Shown: piece by piece, positions 58,654 to 64,000 of the stretch
How the letters are laid out: each line of letters opens with the position of its first letter
How positions within the stretch are numbered: position 1 is the first letter of the stretch
Notes under the pieces: generated by a model
What the model was told of the DNA's origin: nothing
Database searches by the model: none
Seen by the model: the letters and a program-made list of their open reading frames with translations, nothing else
Translations under genes and position numbers: made by a program
NCBI GenBank assembly: GCA_963737905.1
Contig: CAVTUQ010000026.1
Span: 96,001 to 160,000, forward strand
From: an uncultured delta proteobacterium
GTDB taxonomy: Bacteria; Desulfobacterota; Binatia; UBA9968
Reading direction: 5' to 3'
DNA: 64,000 bases

Positions 58654-59925
58654 GTGACACCTCAGTGGCGGCGGCAACGCGTGCGAAAACTTTGGGAATT
58701 TAGACCTCTTCGGACAATCCGACATCGAAATTTTCGCCTTCTCTTGGAGGGCGCGCTCATTTCGAGTTCCGGCGACTTCATGCAGAACATCGCCCAGAGC
58801 TGGTTGGTGTGGGAGCTGACGCGGTCCCCTGTTGCGATTGGCGTCGTTGCCTTTTTTGACAGCATGCCTCGACTATTGGTCGGGGCCGTGGGCGGCGCAA
58901 TCGCCGATCGCTCTGATCGACGGCGAGTGCTGTTAATCACACAGACTCTGGCCATGTTTCAAGCGATTATTTATTGGCTAGCGGTATGGTTCCATGTGAT
59001 CGCTTTTTGGCACATCGTCGTCTTGTCCTTTTGCTTGGGGATCGTCAATACGATTAATCAGACAGCCCGGCAGTCGCTGGTTAACAGTCTGGTTCCCAAA
59101 GAGGAATTGCTCAACGCTATCGGGCTGCAATCGTCGGTGTTCAACCTGTCAAAGATTTTGGGGCCTTCTACAGGCGGCATCATGATCGCGTTTATCGGGA
59201 TCGCGGGTTGCTTCTTTGTAAACGCGTTAAGCTTCTTGGCGCTCATCTACAATCTTTACCTCATGGAATTGCCACAATGGGAAGCCCGCGCTGAAAAGCA
59301 GAGCATTTGGCAAGATATCAAAGAAGGTTACACTTATGTGCGGGGGAGCAGGCGCATCTTTCATATTATCGGGCTGTCCTACGTCGTGGCCTTGTTTGGC
59401 GCGCCGTATAACAGGTTTGTCCCTATCTTTGCCACTAATATCTTGCGAGTTGGCCCGACGGGGTTCGGTGTTTTGATGTCGGCTCCCGGACTCGGCGCGA
59501 CGATCGCTGCTTTGGTTCTAGCGACGGTTAAAAAAACCCGGGTGCAGACTCGTTGGGTTTGCGCTTTCGTAATCGGTTTCGCGCTCTCTCTTAGCCTTTT
59601 CGCTTTTTCTCATATTTTCGTCTTGTCTTTCACATTTCTGGCCATGGTCGGTTTTTGTCAAATCGCTGTGCGCGCGTTATGCAACACGGCCATCCAAATC
59701 GAAACCCCGTCGAATTTGTTAGGACGCGTTCTAAGTCTTTTTTTCATGGACCGAGGATTGTGGTCCGCGGGAAGCGTTTTTATGGGAACCGCAGCCTCCG
59801 CCATCGGCATAAACTGGACCTTCGCGGTGTGCTCCGTCGTGTGTACGATTGCGGCGATCAGCTTGCTCACCACGAACGCGCGGAGACGGGCACAACTAGC
59901 CGCGCAACGAGCTGCGCCGTCCTAG
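58654..59925 (+). CDS. MFS transporter (MFS_3-like)
   Basis: GGAIADRSDRRR motif A; about twelve TM segments. Confidence 0.9.
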   Translation: MTPQWRRQRVRKLWEFRPLRTIRHRNFRLLLEGALISSSGDFMQNIAQSWLVWELTRSPVAIGVVAFFDSMPRLLVGAVGGAIADRSDRRRVLLITQTLAMFQAIIYWLAVWFHVIAFWHIVVLSFCLGIVNTINQTARQSLVNSLVPKEELLNAIGLQSSVFNLSKILGPSTGGIMIAFIGIAGCFFVNALSFLALIYNLYLMELPQWEARAEKQSIWQDIKEGYTYVRGSRRIFHIIGLSYVVALFGAPYNRFVPIFATNILRVGPTGFGVLMSAPGLGATIAALVLATVKKTRVQTRWVCAFVIGFALSLSLFAFSHIFVLSFTFLAMVGFCQIAVRALCNTAIQIETPSNLLGRVLSLFFMDRGLWSAGSVFMGTAASAIGINWTFAVCSVVCTIAAISLLTTNARRRAQLAAQRAAPS

Positions 59926-59936
59926 TATAGAGGTTA

Positions 59937-60088
59937 TTCCGGGTTTTCTGTGAAGAAGTATTCACCGCAGAGGCGCCCGAGTTCGCAGAGATTGGAGAAT
60001 TTTTCAATCAAGAACTCTTTACTCCGCGTCCTCCGCGCCTTCGCGGTGAAATCTCCGAGTCCTGCTTCACAGGAATGCCTGAAGTCCC
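59937..60088. repeat. Dispersed repeat family B, copy 2
   Basis: Matches 22092-22243; imperfect terminal IR TTCTGTGAAG...CTTCACAGGA. Confidence 0.88.
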
Positions 60089-60149
60089 AATAAGAGAAGC
60101 TCGCTGCCAGTGAAAACCACAGATTGCCTCTGACCGGAGTCATGCCCGT

Positions 60150-60659
60150 TTAAGCCGTGGGCATGACGTCGCCGCACTCTTTGCAGGTACGGAATTCTTC
60201 GCTCCCGAAGAAGCGCTGGTAGGCCTTCGAAACGGGATCTTCCGCATAATCCCTTACAATGAAGGTCTCTTCGTGCAAAAGAGCGTCACACTTGCGGCAG
60301 TACCAGTGAAAGCGATCGACTTCGCCTTCGCGCCGTTTTCGCTCCGAGATCAGCGCAAAAGCGTCGGGTGGAAAGCGGGGCGAGTGAGGCGTGCCGGCCG
60401 GAGTATAGATTAGGGATCCTTCGGAAATGACTGCGACTTCTTCGTTCCCCTCGGGAGTCCGGTAATGGAGATGCATCTCCCCCTTTATCATATACATCGT
60501 CTCGTCGCTGGGGTTGATGTGAAATTCGCTCCGGTATTCCCGGCCGCGGGCGACGAAGACCAATGAATCGGCTTGCTGCCACAAGACACTGACCCGTTGC
60601 CCTTTCTCGACAAGCCGGCGCGCTTCATCGAGCAGACTCACGATGGGCATGGTAAACAT
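60150..60659 (-). CDS. 3-hydroxyanthranilate 3,4-dioxygenase-like cupin
   Basis: RSEFHINPSDE, PHSPR and ERKR motifs, plus rubredoxin-like WYCRKC...TCKECG. Confidence 0.85.
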   Translation of the reverse strand: MFTMPIVSLLDEARRLVEKGQRVSVLWQQADSLVFVARGREYRSEFHINPSDETMYMIKGEMHLHYRTPEGNEEVAVISEGSLIYTPAGTPHSPRFPPDAFALISERKRREGEVDRFHWYCRKCDALLHEETFIVRDYAEDPVSKAYQRFFGSEEFRTCKECGDVMPTA

Positions 60660-60899
60660 GGCGGGCTCCTTTCGATAGTGCGTGGAACAATGAAGTGTTG
60701 GAGTATTGAATTTAGTCACATACGGCGCGCGGTTATGGCTTTCTGATGACTCATAAATAATAATCCCTGATCGCACCTAGCTGACGATTCATGCTCATGG
60801 TCTTAAAGAACTCTGTAAAGCCGTCAGTTTCGGCTGGATAGAAGAACGCTTTGGGTGAGAGGCGCGGTCTGCCCGTCCTTCTAAACCCTACGTTAACCT

Positions 60900-61151
60900 T
60901 CAGTTTTGACCCGAAAGCTCTTCACGCACGATCTTGCGCACCATTTCTTCCGTAAGCGGCTTCGTCGTCAGACCGAGATAGGAGTTCAGTGCATCGTTGA
61001 TTAGGGTCTGATACCCCTTTCCGGTTCTCTGGGATTGAGCCTTGAAGCGCTCCAGAATTCCATCATCAAGATATATCGTGATGCGCGTTTTCCCAACCTG
61101 GGGAACTACCGCTCCGCGTTTGCCCTTGGAAAAGTTATACTCCTTCTTCAT
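60900..61151 (-). CDS. BrnA-family antitoxin
   Basis: MKKEYNFSKGKRG, KTRITIYLD and GYQTLINDAL motifs. Confidence 0.9.
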   Translation of the reverse strand: MKKEYNFSKGKRGAVVPQVGKTRITIYLDDGILERFKAQSQRTGKGYQTLINDALNSYLGLTTKPLTEEMVRKIVREELSGQN

Positions 61152-61232
61152 AACTCCTTCTTTCCTTCGGTTTCGGTTTCCGAGCCGAGATGATGCGAAC
61201 ATCGTCGTCCCGAGGTGTCCAGACCACAACGA
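61135..61232 (-). pseudogene. BrnT toxin C-terminal fragment
   Basis: VVVWTPRDDDVRIISARK..KERRSYEEGV*, overlapping the brnA start; N-terminal half is missing. Confidence 0.82.
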
Positions 61233-61696
61233 TCGGGTGCCCTCTTCAAGAGGTTCCAGATGAAGGGGCCACCAATGCAGAAACCCAGCACCATGAACTT
61301 GTCGATGCCCAGGTGATCCATCAGACTGAGCTGGTCATCGGCAAATGAATCCCACGGCCGGTCGATTTCGAGCGGGCCGGAGGACTGGCCGGTATTTGCG
61401 TTGCGCAGGTCCGACGCGATGCAACGGTACTCTCCCTTGAATTCCTCGACCGGGTTAAAAGGAGCGGTGGTCAAGCCGGAGATAGCCGAGTTTAGTCCCC
61501 CACCGGCGATGAGCAACAACGGGAAGCCGGAACCGGCCTCCTGATAGCGGATGCGAACGGGGCCCTTTTCGTAGAAGGACATGGCAGCGCCTCCCTGCCC
61601 AGTCTGCTGAACAAACGCGCGCGGCGCTGCGGCCATCACCGTCGCTGCGACGCCCGCTTTCAGTATTTTGCGTCTGATCGGATCGATCATCGGCAT
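61230..61696 (-). pseudogene. Alpha/beta hydrolase, 3'-truncated (second cassette position)
   Basis: RR leader, LLLIAGGG, DLRNA..GQSSG, LGFCIGG nucleophile elbow; ends at KRAPDR where brnT sequence begins. Confidence 0.82.
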
Positions 61697-61713
61697 CCTC
61701 CTGACTTTCGGCC

Positions 61714-61779
61714 GTCTAACGTTTTAGCGTTCAGCAGCCGCCGCGTTGGGCGTGGGTCTGCTGCGACGCCGCGTTAAAC
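61714..61779 (-). mobile_element. Integron attC site
   Basis: Minus strand GTTTAAC-GCGGCGTCGCAGCAG...CTGCTGAACGC-TAAAAC-GTTAGAC: RYYYAAC and GTTRRRY ends with paired L boxes, 66 bp. Confidence 0.85.
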
Positions 61780-62873
61780 GCTGCCTCATGGGACTCTAGT
61801 GATCCCGAGTCAGTAGAGGGATCATATTGTCGTACAGTAACCCCTTTCTCGTGGAGCTTGGCATAACGTTCCGGTCCTCCCCACCAATTGTACGCCGCGA
61901 AGGGATGTTTGTGCAGGTAATGTTCTCCCATTCCTGCCATCAGCATATACTCGAATCTGGTGAGTTGCCCCTGTCGACCACCGGCCACTGCGCGACTGAC
62001 TACATCATCGTCGAATCCTTGAATGCACGTATCAACTTGCTCCAGTGTTTTAAACCCAAGTCTTCGCAAGAGCCTCGCCGTCCAGTCGTATGAGGAGTCT
62101 GACATCCGACCGTCAGAACCAAGTCTTTGGTCGAGAAATGCTTTAACAGCGTCAGGCGTAATTTCAACTCGTTCTAATTCACCGCGTTCAACACGACTGC
62201 GAGCCTCGACGGTGAGGCGACGATCATCATCTTGGATCGCCTGAAACTCGCGGTCAGCGATTTCCAACATTCCGGCAAGGGCCATGAATCGTCGTCTTAT
62301 CGCCGTCGGGATTACGGAAGATGACTTGTACTGAATGTCATGCTCTATTTCGGCCCAGGCATGCTGTAATATCGTTCGCACCTGGATCTCTGTTATGGCA
62401 TCCGCGAAAGGCTCGTATTCGGGAAGCTCGGAGCGTCGAGGATCAAGCCTTATGAGATAGTGAATACTCTGATAACCGAATCGCTCTTCTTCTATCAAAT
62501 CAGCTCCCTTGTTCGAGCGCTCGACTATCATGAATTCGTCTTCAATGATGTCATTGATTTCAGACAGGGTCCCCGGAAAAAATGCAATTACTCGAACACC
62601 TGCGAGGTCGGTAATCTCCTGGAGAGGATTTGCGTACTTTGGTCGAGTCGGGTCTTCGTCAGAGGGAAGCGCGGCTTTCTTCGCTAGGCTCGTTGGATCC
62701 TTCGAGCGACCTTGTACGGAATGGACTTTGATTCCACGCCGTTTGAAAGCTTCTTCCAGAATTCGTCTCACGACTTGAGCAAGATCTTCGAAGAAGGTCC
62801 GTCTCTCAAGATAAGTCGTAACAGCAGCTTGGGCGTGGTGCTTCAAATCCAGCGATGTTTCAAATTCAGCCAT
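61731..62873 (-). CDS. RelA/SpoT-domain small alarmone synthetase-like protein with C-terminal extension (integron cassette)
   Basis: GRSKDPTSLAKK, ITDLAGVRVI, GYQSIHY and EIQVRTILQHAWAEIEHDIQYK motifs; no HD domain. Confidence 0.92.
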   Translation of the reverse strand: MAEFETSLDLKHHAQAAVTTYLERRTFFEDLAQVVRRILEEAFKRRGIKVHSVQGRSKDPTSLAKKAALPSDEDPTRPKYANPLQEITDLAGVRVIAFFPGTLSEINDIIEDEFMIVERSNKGADLIEEERFGYQSIHYLIRLDPRRSELPEYEPFADAITEIQVRTILQHAWAEIEHDIQYKSSSVIPTAIRRRFMALAGMLEIADREFQAIQDDDRRLTVEARSRVERGELERVEITPDAVKAFLDQRLGSDGRMSDSSYDWTARLLRRLGFKTLEQVDTCIQGFDDDVVSRAVAGGRQGQLTRFEYMLMAGMGEHYLHKHPFAAYNWWGGPERYAKLHEKGVTVRQYDPSTDSGSLESHEAAFNAASQQTHAQRGGC

Positions 62874-62905
62874 TTTTCACTCTAGATTACCGCTTTGATG
62901 CATGG

Positions 62906-62912
62906 GTCTAAC
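62906..62912 (-). mobile_element. Candidate attI core site GTTAGAC
   Basis: GTTRRRY about 33 nt upstream of the cassette ATG, between the intI 3' end and the cassette. Confidence 0.6.
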
Positions 62913-62968
62913 TATTGAGTCTGTTGTTCAACCTAGTACGATCCTCAAAATTTCGATAAGCCATCGGG

Positions 62969-62997
62969 ATTCTCCTGCTCCGACAAGTAGATGTCAA
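62969..62997 (-). promoter_or_regulatory. Candidate cassette promoter TTGACA-N17-GAGAAT
   Basis: Perfect -35 box and 17-bp spacer, pointing into the cassette array. Confidence 0.55.
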
Positions 62998-63071
62998 GAA
63001 TTCTTTGAAGCGTAGTCGGACGACAAAAGCTGGGCTGCATATTATCAATAGGGCTGACAATAGACGATCCT

Positions 63072-63520
63072 CTATCCCATCCACGAATCCGCCGGGCTAC
63101 GTACACCTCTTCCCCCTCGGTTTAGTACGTGGGTAATAAATCGTAGTGGTTACGTCGGAGTGCCCGAGCAACTCTTGAACCGTCCTGATATCATAACCAT
63201 CCTCCAACAAGTGGGTCGCAAACGAATGGCGAAACGTGTGCGGAGTTGCGGGCTTTGGCAGCCCGGCCTCGCGAACGGCTTGTTTCACGACCTTCTGTAA
63301 AACCGATTCGTGTAGGTAATGTCTGCGCTGCTCTCCGGTTTCCTGATCTGTGTAGTGGCTTGTTGCGGGGAATACCCATTGCTATTCCCACTCCTTTTCA
63401 GCGTTTATTTGTGCTCCAGGGCATTCGGCAGTGCGACCCGGCCCAAGCCGCGTTCGAGATCGCGCCGGTGTTCGCAAACACGTACTGCCTTAAGCGCCAG
63501 GAACACGACCAAGAATAAGG
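63072..63520 (-). pseudogene. intI: Integron integrase, C-terminal remnant
   Basis: RDLERGLGRVALPNAL, QWVFPA and [12 protein letters not shown] (IntI-specific insertion); [30 protein letters not shown]; SPAD. Contains stops and frameshifts; N-terminus absent. Confidence 0.9.
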
Positions 63521-63671
63521 TCAGTGATCGGATCGAATGCGGTATTAAAGGCACATGGGCAGGATCAAGATTTCTCGACGTTTGAGAAAAAACGCGGGCA
63601 CGCGTTTACGTTTCGGGTCTCCGAGTTTCATCTTCGACCCAAGACCCGAAACGCAACGCTTCTTGCAATCT

Positions 63672-64000
63672 TCAGGCGACAACCGGCTCGGTTACCGGAA
63701 TGTGGCTAGGAATCTTCGGCACCCGAGTTCGTGGCTGGCCGTTCACGCCGGCGTTGCCGGCTCCAAGGAGAAGCATTCTTCCTTCGCCGGTATTGCAGAG
63801 CTGATAGGGCTCGCCTGATTTTAGTAATACCGTGTCGAATTGTTTCAGCACGAACTCCCTATGCGGCGTGCGGACCGTGCACTCACCTTCAATGACCATA
63901 AAAATATGGTCATCGTTCTCGTGGTAGTGCATGTCGTCCTGAATTTTCGGCTCGCAATTGATCACCCAGAAATAGGCCAGATCGGTGCGCCAGAGACCGA
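63672..64000 (-). CDS. Cupin domain protein, start beyond the window end
   Basis: MHYHENDDHIFMVIEGE and PYQLCNTG; the frame stays open to the window edge. Confidence 0.8.
   Translation of the reverse strand, partial: GLWRTDLAYFWVINCEPKIQDDMHYHENDDHIFMVIEGECTVRTPHREFVLKQFDTVLLKSGEPYQLCNTGEGRMLLLGAGNAGVNGQPRTRVPKIPSHIPVTEPVVA

Noticed and set aside
60830-60899. attC downstream of brnA
   Set aside because: A GGTTAAC follows the stop, but I could find no matching L boxes or GTTRRRY end.

Overview
GC-rich bacterial window, with gene content typical of soil Deltaproteobacteria-like lineages such as Binatia (inference only). About 55 CDS; I found no rRNA, tRNA or CRISPR array. Most of it is catabolic or transport: ten orphan solute-binding proteins, four amidohydrolases, two UbiD decarboxylases, a CoxMSL-type Mo-hydroxylase plus a solo large subunit, a GMC pair, a 3-hydroxyanthranilate dioxygenase-like gene and GlmL. 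The top candidate for a new system is an 8.5-kb minus-strand partner-switching cluster (32597-41053). It is headed by an NCS2 nucleobase permease with a degenerate RsbW-like C-terminal domain. It continues with a sensor-HAMP-PP2C-RsbW fusion, a GAF-PP2C, two STAS proteins plus a STAS stub, and an MBL hydrolase with a degenerate HATPase-like tail. At the right end is a decayed inverted-type integron whose first cassette is a RelA/SpoT small alarmone synthetase with a C-terminal extension and a clear attC. Also present: an ECF sigma-Ogt-EamA operon, an AbrB-Doc TA pair with a perfect palindromic operator, several dispersed palindromic repeat families and an IS1380-like remnant. A poly-G tract and many single-base frameshifts suggest uncorrected sequencing errors, so pseudogene calls are provisional.
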